DNA from: an uncultured delta proteobacterium
Lineage (GTDB): Bacteria; Desulfobacterota; BSN033; UBA1163
DNA length: 64,000 bases
Reading direction: 5' to 3'
Assembly: GCA_963708295.1 (NCBI GenBank)
Contig: CAVPSJ010000004.1
Location: forward strand, 864,001-928,000
The notes beneath the pieces are model-generated. The model worked only from the letters and a program-made list of their open reading frames with translations, was not told where the DNA came from and did not search any database. This document shows positions 18,530 to 27,299 of this stretch, piece after piece. The first letter of the stretch is position 1. Each line of letters begins with the position of its first letter. A program made the position numbers and the translations under genes.

Positions 18530-20872
18530 ATGAAGAAAAATTTGCTTATCCTGGTGATGGGCCTTTGCCTGATCCTCATGTCCGCCATGTTGGCTCCTGT
18601 GCCCGCTTTCGCCGAGAAAACCAAGGCCGGACAAGCAAAAGAGGCAATTAAGGGGAAAAGGTTATTAGAGGGGGTCTTCGGCGGTCCCGTGCAAGGGCTT
18701 GATTACAAAACACCGACTATTTCCGGCATAACCAACGAAAAGGGTGAGTTCAAATACCGCCTGGGGGAAACAGTCACCTTCTCTATCGGCGGACTGGTGC
18801 TCGGGGCTTCACCCGCTCGCAATTTGATTACCCCGGCCCACTTGGCGATTGAGGTCGCCGGGGATGCCATGAAATTACGTAATCAGAAGGTAACCAACAT
18901 TGCCAGACTGATTCAAAGTCTGGACTCGGATAGCAATCTGGAAAACGGCATCACCCTGACGGATGATGCAAAGAATACCGTTCAGAAATACCGTTATCGG
19001 ATAAACTTCGACCAGCCTGAACAGGTATTTGCGCAAAACCCCGATGTGTCTGCGCTTTTTGCTGAACTGAAACTTCCGTTGCGAAACCCGGCCGAAGCGA
19101 GAAACCACCTGCGCCGTACGCTCATGGGCATTATGAAGTTGACCGATGTGAGAATCCCCACCCGTGACGGCTCTTACCTTCTGGCCGACGTTTACCGCCC
19201 GATTAAAGATGGCAAATACCCGGTGCTGATGACGCTGGGCGCCTACGGGAAGGCTTTCACTTTCGGATGTATCTGCAATCCGGCTGACTTGTTGAAGTTC
19301 GAACAAATCGAGGACAACTATTTTAACGGAATTGCGCCCGCTCCCTCCACCTTCACCGACCCCAAAGTAAAGGGACATCCCGTGGTTCCTCACGTGGCTG
19401 AGCACTTCGAACGCGCCAACAGTGTGGACTGGGTCCCCAATGGCTATGTCGTCGTGCATGTTGATGAGAGGGGTACCTGTAACAGCCCGGGAACATTCGA
19501 GCAGTTCAGCCTCCAGGAAGCTAATGACTACTATGACGCTATAGAATGGGCGGGAACGCAGAAATGGAGCAACGGTAATGTGGGCTTATGGGGGGCGTCC
19601 TACTATGCCATGACGCAATACACTGTTGCCCAGCTTCAGCCGCCGCATCTGAAGGCCATGGTGCCGATTGGCGGCGACCTCAATTCATACCGGGACTACA
19701 TTTATTCGGGCGGCGGCCTTTATAATCCGTTCAACTTCGTCGCCCGAAACTCCTGTGGCGAATGGAAGGGCGTGGACTGGGTCCCTATCGCCCTGGCCAA
19801 TCCCTTTGATGACCCTGCAATATACGGCGCGTCAGGCACACTTTGCGTGAGCGCCAACCCGGACAGGATTACTGTGCCGTTCTGGAGTGCCATGGGCACG
19901 GAAGGAACCATCCACACCCGAGGCAGCAGCGATGCATTCGTCCAGGCTGCCTCCAAGCATAAGAAATTGCTCATACTCTCCGAACCGGGCATTCATTTCT
20001 GGTCCTATGCCAAGGAGTTTTTCGAAAGCTACAAGGCATTCTTCGACTACTGGCTCAAGGGTGTAAAGAATGACATTATGAAAGAGCCGCCGGTACGGAT
20101 GATGGTTCGCACGGGTTGGACCGGTTACTACTGGCAATACGAGAACGAATGGCCTGTTGCCCGGACCAGGTATACTAAGTACTATCTTGAGGCCATTCCG
20201 TCGAGTTTCCCCGGCAATGATAAGAGGAAAGAATTCTTGCGCCTCGGACCCGGCGTACCGGCTTCGGAGGCCAAAACCACCTATTCCGCGGATGTGAAAT
20301 TCGGGGTTGACTCTCCCTGGTCTTACGGTGTTTCTTTCGTCACAGAACCTCTGAAAGAAGATACGCTGATAGCGGGCTATATCAAGGCGGTGCTTTGGGT
20401 ATCTTCCAGCTCTCATGACATGCAGATTCACGCTTACGTCAGGGTCATGGACGAGAACAACCAGGAAGTCTCCTTCGCAACGGGCAACCCTGGGATGAAT
20501 AGACTCTACCCGGTAGGACAGGGCGCTCTTAAAGTCTCCCATCGGAAACTGGACCCGGCCAGGTCCACGGTCTACCGACCCTATCATACTCACCAGAAGG
20601 CGGACTACCAGCCCTTGATTCCGGGGGAAATTGTTGAGGCCCAGGTTGAGCTCTGGCCGACGACTGCCCTGATAAGAAAAGGCTGGCGCATCAGACTTGA
20701 CGTGCAACCAGCTACCGGTGAGGGTTTCATGGCACCGCTCATCGACCCGCAGGATAGTAAGTACCAGGCAGGCGCGTCCAATACCATTTATACGGGTCCG
20801 GAGCATCCCTCTTACGTGCAACTTCCTTTAGTGCCGGCAAATCTTGGAAAGCAAACAAGGGCCCGCGATTGA
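18530..20872 (+). CDS. Secreted CocE/NonD family hydrolase with extra N-terminal domain
   Basis: Sec signal (VPAFA), about 170 aa extra domain, TRDGSYLLADVYRP, GYVVVHVDERG, WGASYYA, PepX_C-like C-terminus. Confidence 0.9.
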   Translation: MKKNLLILVMGLCLILMSAMLAPVPAFAEKTKAGQAKEAIKGKRLLEGVFGGPVQGLDYKTPTISGITNEKGEFKYRLGETVTFSIGGLVLGASPARNLITPAHLAIEVAGDAMKLRNQKVTNIARLIQSLDSDSNLENGITLTDDAKNTVQKYRYRINFDQPEQVFAQNPDVSALFAELKLPLRNPAEARNHLRRTLMGIMKLTDVRIPTRDGSYLLADVYRPIKDGKYPVLMTLGAYGKAFTFGCICNPADLLKFEQIEDNYFNGIAPAPSTFTDPKVKGHPVVPHVAEHFERANSVDWVPNGYVVVHVDERGTCNSPGTFEQFSLQEANDYYDAIEWAGTQKWSNGNVGLWGASYYAMTQYTVAQLQPPHLKAMVPIGGDLNSYRDYIYSGGGLYNPFNFVARNSCGEWKGVDWVPIALANPFDDPAIYGASGTLCVSANPDRITVPFWSAMGTEGTIHTRGSSDAFVQAASKHKKLLILSEPGIHFWSYAKEFFESYKAFFDYWLKGVKNDIMKEPPVRMMVRTGWTGYYWQYENEWPVARTRYTKYYLEAIPSSFPGNDKRKEFLRLGPGVPASEAKTTYSADVKFGVDSPWSYGVSFVTEPLKEDTLIAGYIKAVLWVSSSSHDMQIHAYVRVMDENNQEVSFATGNPGMNRLYPVGQGALKVSHRKLDPARSTVYRPYHTHQKADYQPLIPGEIVEAQVELWPTTALIRKGWRIRLDVQPATGEGFMAPLIDPQDSKYQAGASNTIYTGPEHPSYVQLPLVPANLGKQTRARD

Positions 20873-20909
20873 ACAGCGAAAACCGCGGGAGGGAGATGAC
20901 TATGACCTG

Positions 20910-21050
20910 ATGAAAGTACGGTTTGGGCCCTTCTTCTCGGATATCGACAACAAGGGCAGGGATGTGAACCACTCGGGGGGAAATATGACTCGTACCCAGA
21001 TACCTTCTATTCCTCCGAAATATCAGGCCGGCGATTAAGTTTACTGTTAA
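20910..21050 (+). pseudogene. Degenerate duplicate of the 3' end of the CocE gene at 15594-17369
   Basis: CACTCGGGGGGAAATATGACTCGTA...CAGATACC...CCTCCGAAATATCAGGCCGGCGATTAAGTTTAC closely matches about 17230-17369 (HSGGKYDSYLQIPVIPPRYQAGDYVY). Confidence 0.8.
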
Positions 21051-21149
21051 ACGGCGACAATCCTATTTCTGTCGCCGAAGCAATCAAATAGTTGGATAAA
21101 CTGTATTTGGATCATTACGACATTGGTTGGACAGAGGAGGATATCTCCA

Positions 21150-22109
21150 ATGAAAAGTTTGGTCGTCTATTACTCTCAAACGGGAAACACCAAAAAGGTC
21201 GCTCGTGCAATTCACAAAGGGATGAGCCCACTGCTGGAGCAATGCGATATCGCCACGGTCAAGGAGATCAAGCCTCAGGATGTGAGCAAGTATGATTTGA
21301 TCGGCCTGGGCAGTCCGGTATGGGATGGCGCAGAGGCCCCCAATGTCAGACGCTTCACAGAAAACATGCTGAATCAGCAGGGAAGGCACATCTTCTCCTT
21401 TAATACCCACGGCGTCATGCCGGAACACTATTTCCCCACCGTGGTCAGGAGGTTGAAGGGGAAGGGTTTCACGGTCATTGGGATGCGGGACTGGTACGGG
21501 GACGGCATTTTTCAGCTTGCCCCCAGTCCCTATTTTACCCACGGACATCCGGACGAGATTGACCTGAAAGAGGCGGAGGATTTTGGGAGAGAAATGGTGG
21601 AGGTCAGTCGTAGGATATCGGCCGGGGAGGTCGTTCTCATTCCTCCTGTGCCCGCGCGTGTGTTTACGGAACAATTGCATGTCCTGACGGAGTTCTACCG
21701 GTCCGGCCATAACCCGCACGGCCTCATTAAATATGATTCCGAAAAGTGTGCCTATCCGAAATGCCGCCTCTGTATGGATCACTGCCTGATGGATTACATC
21801 GACCTGTCGGCTTCGCCAAGGGTCTTCGGGTCTAACAAAACAGAGTGTGACATGTGGCTTGGTTGCACCTTTTGCGAAATGATCTGCCCCACCGGCGCCA
21901 TATCCTGCGACTGGGAGGGATTCCAACGGGATTTCGGGGGAAAGATCGGTGTGGTTCTTGGCGGCAATCCACTTGCGAATGCTGCAGAAGAAGCCATTGC
22001 TTCAGGTCGATTGAGGATGCTGGTGCCCAAGGAAGAGGTGAGGTGGGATAGGCCCTATTTCAAGGTTCACAATAAACACCCTCGCTTCAAGATACCTAAG
22101 GAAAAGTGA
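21150..22109 (+). CDS. Flavodoxin - 4Fe-4S ferredoxin fusion (EFR1-like)
   Basis: YYSQTGNTKKVA, GLGSPVW, GHPDEIDLKEAEDFG, CAYPKCRLCMDHC, CDMWLGCTFCEMICPTGAI. Confidence 0.88.
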   Translation: MKSLVVYYSQTGNTKKVARAIHKGMSPLLEQCDIATVKEIKPQDVSKYDLIGLGSPVWDGAEAPNVRRFTENMLNQQGRHIFSFNTHGVMPEHYFPTVVRRLKGKGFTVIGMRDWYGDGIFQLAPSPYFTHGHPDEIDLKEAEDFGREMVEVSRRISAGEVVLIPPVPARVFTEQLHVLTEFYRSGHNPHGLIKYDSEKCAYPKCRLCMDHCLMDYIDLSASPRVFGSNKTECDMWLGCTFCEMICPTGAISCDWEGFQRDFGGKIGVVLGGNPLANAAEEAIASGRLRMLVPKEEVRWDRPYFKVHNKHPRFKIPKEK

Positions 22110-22143
22110 CATTGCGGGGTGAACTTTCAGAGAGGAGGTGTCT

Positions 22144-23742
22144 ATGGATTACCAAAAAAGATTCGTTGTTATTGGACTCATTGCTCTTGTGGCCCTGCTG
22201 TCGCTGACAAGGCCCGGCCTAGCTGCTCAGAGCACCCCGGTCATGGCCTGTCCGGGCCTGATGGACATGACGAAGTTCTTCCAACCGGGGGCCACGATCA
22301 CCTCGGCCAAGATGGTTCCCGCAGGTGACGGGCTGCCCGAACACTGCAAAGTAGAGGGGTGGCGGTGGCCTGACGACGGGTTCGTCGTCAAGCTGCCGTC
22401 TCAATGGAATGGCCGCCTCTTCCAGGTCGGGAACGGCGGTGCAGGCGGTTCGATCGATGAAGCGGCGATGGTAATGGGTCTTCAAAAGGGTTTTGCAGCG
22501 GCTGGAGGAAGCGGTGGCCACAGAACCCCTGCCACCCTGTTCCAGTTCGGCTATTTTGCTAATGACCCCGTAGCCTACCGGAAGATGGTCGATTACTGCT
22601 CGGAATCGGTTCACTCCAGCAACGAACTGGTGCGCAAGATGATCAAGACATACTATGGTGTCGCTCCTATATATGCCTACTACGTGGGTTATTCTACCGG
22701 CGGAAGGCAAGGTCTTATGGAGGCCCAGCGGTATCCCGATGACTTCGACGGAATCCTGGGAGGCGGGGACCCCGCACCCTTTACAGTGAGAACCATGGAG
22801 GACACCTGGGTCTCTACCCAACTGCTCGGCCCGGCCCATATCCCGCACGCCAAGCTCCCTCTTCTCGCCGAGGCAGTTATGGCCAAGTGCGACGAGATCG
22901 ATGGATTAAAAGATGGTGTGATCGAAGATCCTCGCAAGTGCGCCTTCAATGCATTGACCGATCTACCCGCCTGTCCAGGGAATAGCGATGGGGTGAACTG
23001 CTTTACTGAGGTCCAGCGGCAGGTTGCCTACAACATATACCGGGGTCCGCAGACCTCGTCGGGCAAGCTCCTTGCAATGGGTGTCAGTTTCGGCAGTGAG
23101 GCCATCATGGCAGACGGCAAAAGCGGCTGGACCATGTTTGTTCCCGAGAAGCCAGGGGGCGGCACATATTCCTTGGGACTGGGTTCCAGCTTTGTGAAGT
23201 GGGTCGGCCTGCCTCCCACGAGCGGTGGGCCGAACTGGGACTGGAAGACATTCAACGTCGATACGGACTGGGATGTGGTGAGGGGTAACTGGGGAGAGAT
23301 GTGTGATACCAACGATCCGGACCTACGGGCCTTTAAAGCGAAAGGAAAGAAGTTCATCGACTATCATGGCTGGGCTGATGCGCTTTGCTGGCCCTTCCGG
23401 GCGATCGACTACTATGACGAGGTGATGAAGAAGATAGGAAGCCTTGAGGAGACAAGGAAGTTCTACAGGCTCTACATGATCCCGGGCATGACCCATTTTC
23501 CAGGAGGACGCGGGGTGCTCGACAGAAATACGTTGCGAGAGCCCATGTTCCAGGCCTTGCAGGACTGGGTTGAAAAGGGCATCGAGCCTATCAAACCTTT
23601 TGTGGGGTCGCGACCGGTGGTACCCGGCAAGTGGGATGCCATCACGCGGCCTGTCTGCGCCTATCCCGAAGTGGCTCGGTACCGCGGTTCGGGCAGCACG
23701 GACGCGGCAGAGAACTTCACCTGCGTGAATCCGTCTCCGTGA
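22144..23742 (+). CDS. Tannase/feruloyl esterase family alpha/beta hydrolase, secreted
   Basis: Signal peptide, LPSQWNGR..QVGNGG, GYSTGGRQGLMEAQRYPDDFDG, CDEIDGLKDG, YHGWAD, PGMTH, DWVEKG, TRPVCAYP. Confidence 0.93.
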   Translation: MDYQKRFVVIGLIALVALLSLTRPGLAAQSTPVMACPGLMDMTKFFQPGATITSAKMVPAGDGLPEHCKVEGWRWPDDGFVVKLPSQWNGRLFQVGNGGAGGSIDEAAMVMGLQKGFAAAGGSGGHRTPATLFQFGYFANDPVAYRKMVDYCSESVHSSNELVRKMIKTYYGVAPIYAYYVGYSTGGRQGLMEAQRYPDDFDGILGGGDPAPFTVRTMEDTWVSTQLLGPAHIPHAKLPLLAEAVMAKCDEIDGLKDGVIEDPRKCAFNALTDLPACPGNSDGVNCFTEVQRQVAYNIYRGPQTSSGKLLAMGVSFGSEAIMADGKSGWTMFVPEKPGGGTYSLGLGSSFVKWVGLPPTSGGPNWDWKTFNVDTDWDVVRGNWGEMCDTNDPDLRAFKAKGKKFIDYHGWADALCWPFRAIDYYDEVMKKIGSLEETRKFYRLYMIPGMTHFPGGRGVLDRNTLREPMFQALQDWVEKGIEPIKPFVGSRPVVPGKWDAITRPVCAYPEVARYRGSGSTDAAENFTCVNPSP

Positions 23743-23782
23743 TGTTGGATGATTAGCTTTCAAAATCATTGAGGAGGTCAAG

Positions 23783-24745
23783 ATGAAACTGCTGGGACTC
23801 TCCTGTGGAAGGAAGATGCAAAACACCGAGGTCCTCGTCAAAGAAGCGATGATGGCGGCAGAGGAGCTGGGTGCTGAAGCCAGGATGATACGCCTGTTGG
23901 ACCTCGATATTAAGCCTTGCACGGGCTGCACGAAATGCGTGCAAAGTCTGATGCAGGGGGGACCGGGGAAGTGTGTCATCAAAGACGATTTGCACCTTGT
24001 GGATGAACAACTGATGGAATGCGATGGACTTATTCTCGGTTCGCCGGTCTTTGTCCTGACGCCTCATGGATTGCTAAAAGTGATAAGCGACAGGTTCGGT
24101 CCCTCCCATGATTATGCTTTTCGGATGGAAGCTCAGAAGATAAGGGACGCCAAGGGTACCGGTAAAGGTCCTGATGAGAGATCCTTCAAAAAGAGGGTTG
24201 CAGGCTTTATATCCGTCGGTGGTGCAGTTACTCCGCACTGGCTGTCTCTGGGGCTCCCGCTGATGAACCTTTTTACCTTTCCGTCCCATATCCAGGTTGT
24301 TGACCAGATGCAAGTGCTCGGGGTGAGCAGGTGGGGCCATGTTGTGTTGAATGACGAAGCCATGGCACGGGCCAGGAAGTTGGGGCACAATGTCGCTCAG
24401 GCCATGGGCAAATCTGAGAAGGAAGTGAGGTGGATGGGAGATGAACCGGGAACTTGTCCTGTCTGCCATTCGAACCTTATGACCGTGCCAAGTAAGAATC
24501 CCGTCGAGTGTGCCATATGCGGTATCAAGGGAGAGATCAAGGTCGAGGGCGACGAGATCTCCGTGACCTTCAGTGAGGAGGAGCAGAAGAAAGCCCGGTT
24601 GACGGTTGCGGGGAAATTAGAGCACTATCTCGAGATACGGGACAATTTTAAAATAGCTGCGGCAAGAAAGGATCTCGATCAGATTCCTGAAAGATTAAAG
24701 AAATACGAAGGGTATAGAGAAATAGAGAAGAAAAGTCGTCAATGA
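23783..24745 (+). CDS. Flavodoxin-fold flavone reductase (FLR)-like protein, paralog 3
   Basis: CTGCTKCVQSLMQGGPGKCVIKDD, SDRFGP, SVGG, CPVCHS...CAICG, AGKLEH. Confidence 0.87.
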   Translation: MKLLGLSCGRKMQNTEVLVKEAMMAAEELGAEARMIRLLDLDIKPCTGCTKCVQSLMQGGPGKCVIKDDLHLVDEQLMECDGLILGSPVFVLTPHGLLKVISDRFGPSHDYAFRMEAQKIRDAKGTGKGPDERSFKKRVAGFISVGGAVTPHWLSLGLPLMNLFTFPSHIQVVDQMQVLGVSRWGHVVLNDEAMARARKLGHNVAQAMGKSEKEVRWMGDEPGTCPVCHSNLMTVPSKNPVECAICGIKGEIKVEGDEISVTFSEEEQKKARLTVAGKLEHYLEIRDNFKIAAARKDLDQIPERLKKYEGYREIEKKSRQ

Positions 24746-24828
24746 ACAATTAGCAATGATCAATTAGCATTTTAATCATTCTTGCTCAAATTGGATTTTA
24801 GCTTGGTGATGTTACGCAAGCTTAAATT

Positions 24829-24919
24829 CGAGATTGCCGCGTCACTATCGCTCCTCGCAATGACACTAACGGTTTGTCTTGACTAATGTTGTCATTGCGA
24901 GCAAAGCGAAGCAATCTCG
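24829..24919. repeat. REP-like inverted pair inside heptamer-repeat flanks
   Basis: CGAGATTGC...CTCGCAATGACA / TGTCATTGCGAG...GCAATCTCG. Flanked by CAATTAG repeats (24747-24770) and TGCTAA/TTTGCA repeats (24950-24990). Confidence 0.7.
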
Positions 24920-25006
24920 TATTTTGGACAATAATACATGTTTATACAATGCTAAGTTTGCAGTGCTAATTTTACAATTTGCATTTATCTTTTGTGAGAG
25001 GGTGAT

Positions 25007-27116
25007 TTGACCGCGATCTCATTGAATATTGACGGACGGGACATTGAGACGAAAAAGGGGAGGACAGTGCTCGAAGCCGCACTGGAGGCAGGGGTCTATA
25101 TTCCCCATCTCTGTCACCACCCTGATCTCACGCCTGTCGGAGGTTGCGGGTTGTGTCTTGTAGAGATCGAAGGGATGCAAGGGCTGCCCACTTCTTGCAC
25201 GACACCCGCGGAAGAGGGAATGAGGGTGAAGACAAAGACGCCCCAGGTGGACCGGATGCGCCGTCTCGCCATGGAACTGATGCTGTCCGGTCATCCTCCC
25301 GAGTGCACGGTATGCTCCCAGTATCTCAACTGTGAGCTGCAATCCGTGAAGCAATACATCGGGACGAGCGAAGAACTGCGCGTGAGAAGGCGATCAAAAC
25401 CCTTTGCCGCTAATACCGCCAACCCTCTGTTCGTTCACGACCCGGCCAGGTGTATCCTGTGCGGCCGGTGCGTGAGGGCTTGCCATGACCTGCGGGGAGT
25501 CGACGTTCTCTCGTTTATGAAGAAGGGCAAAGAAGCCTATATCGGGACGGGCTCCGATTCTCCCCTCGCCGATGCCGGGTGCAGGTTCTGTGGCGCTTGT
25601 GCGGAGGTTTGCCCCACCGGCGCCCTGAGGGATAAAGAAGAACTGACGAGGGGAAGGAGCCGCAGAGCAGCTCGCGTTCCCTGCAGATACACCTGTCCGG
25701 CGGAAATCGATATCCCCCGGTATATCCGTCTCATCCGTGAAAAAAAATATTCGGAAGCGACAGCGGTCATTCGTGAAAAGGTGCCTTTCCCAAAGGTCCT
25801 TGGGTATGTTTGCAACCACCCCTGTGAAGCGGTCTGTCGTCGCGGCGAGGTGAACGAGTCAATTTCTATAAAGGAACTGAAGCGTTTTGCCGCCGAGCGG
25901 GACCATAACAAGTTATGGGCAAAGAACTCCCGATAAAGCGGAACCAACAGACAAGCGGGTGGCGATTGTCGGGTCAGGGCCGGCGGGACTGACTGCGGCG
26001 TACTACCTTTCAAAACTGGGTCATGCGGTGACCGTCTTCGAAGCCTTACCTTTTCCAGGCGGGATGACGCGCATCGGCATCCCCGAATATCGGCTGCCTC
26101 GAGATGTACTGGAGGAAGAGATTCGGGAGATCGAAAGCAGGGGTGTGGAAATAAGGACCAGCTCGCGGGTGGATTCACTGGATCCTCTCTTTGAAGAGGG
26201 ATACCACGCCATCCTTGTTGCCGTTGGCACCCATGAGGGTCAGAAACTGCCCATTCCCGGAGCCGACCAGGACGGAGTGCTGCTGAGCATGGATTTGCTC
26301 GGGAATGTGAATCTCGGGAAAAAAGTGAAAATCGGCAAAAAGGTGTTGGTGCTGGGCGGGGGAAATGTGGCCTTTGATTGTGCCCGTGTTGCCCGACGGC
26401 TCGGTGCGGACGAAGTCCATTTGGCTTGTCTGGAGTCGAGGGATAAGATGGTGGCCACGCCTGGCGAGATTTCAGAAAGCGAGGAAGAAGGTATCGTGAT
26501 TCACCCTTCCCGGACATTCACGAGGATTTTGGGGGAACATGGGCATATGATCGGCGTCGAATGCCTGAATGTGGACTCCTTCGAATTCGATGAGGAAGGC
26601 AAAGCCCAGATTAACGTTGTTGAAGGTTCAGAGCACCTCCTGTCAGCCGATACGGTCATCTTCGCGATCGGCCAGCGTCCGCAGATCCCCGAGCGGTTTG
26701 AGTTGATGACCGGGAGGGGAAACCGAATTGAAGTTGACCCCGGCACCTTTCAAACCAGCAGGGAAGGTGTCTATGCTGCCGGGGATGCGGTCACGGGAAC
26801 CACATCCGTGATCGAGGCGATCACTTCAGGCCGGAACGGGGCCGTCATTGTGGACAAATACCTCGGCGGCAGCGGTGAGATCGATGAAGTGTTGGTGCCC
26901 GTTGAAAAGCCCGAACCTGGGTTGGGCCGAAGAGATGGGTTTGCCCGCGAGAACCGGTTTGAAAATTCCCGTTTGGCACCAGATAAGCGGGTGATCAGCT
27001 TTTGCCGGATTGTCCATGATCTTGACGAGAAGGCAGCGGTTGCCGAGTCGCACCGGTGCCTGCAGTGCGATCTCAGGCTCAAGATGACACCGGTGAAGTT
27101 TTGGGGAGACTATTAG
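25007..27116 (+). CDS. NuoG/HydA-type N-terminal Fe-S domains fused to a GltD/NfnB-type FAD NAD(P)H oxidoreductase, frameshift near 25933
   Basis: IPHLCHHPDL..GGCGLC...TSC (2Fe-2S), HPPECTVC, CILCGRCVRAC, CRFCGACAEVCP, PCRYTCP, GYVCNHPCEAVC. The next frame gives VAIVGSGPAG, GGGNVAFD, AAGD, RCLQCD. Confidence 0.9.
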
Positions 27117-27260
27117 CCAGAAAGCAGAAAGCGGTAAGCAGTAAAAGAACAGTGATCAGTCATCAGTTGCCAGTTAACAGAACGGTCGAGGCAGATAGAA
27201 AGCGGACACGGAACACGGACACGCTTGAGTGCCGAAGCACATCAGCGCGCAGGCACGGTC
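27117..27260. repeat. Heptamer repeat tract and small REP-like hairpin
   Basis: CAGAAAG CAGAAAG CGGTAAG CAGTAA...CAGTGAT CAGTCAT CAGTTGC CAGTTAA, then GGACACGGAACACGGACACG. Confidence 0.5.
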
Positions 27261-27299
27261 ACGTCATTTTTATAGCATTTCGCAAAGGAGGAGGAGACC

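Noticed and set aside
8844-27116. Respiratory complex I, [FeFe]-hydrogenase or formate dehydrogenase
   Set aside because: No membrane Nuo subunits, H-cluster motifs or molybdopterin domain are present.
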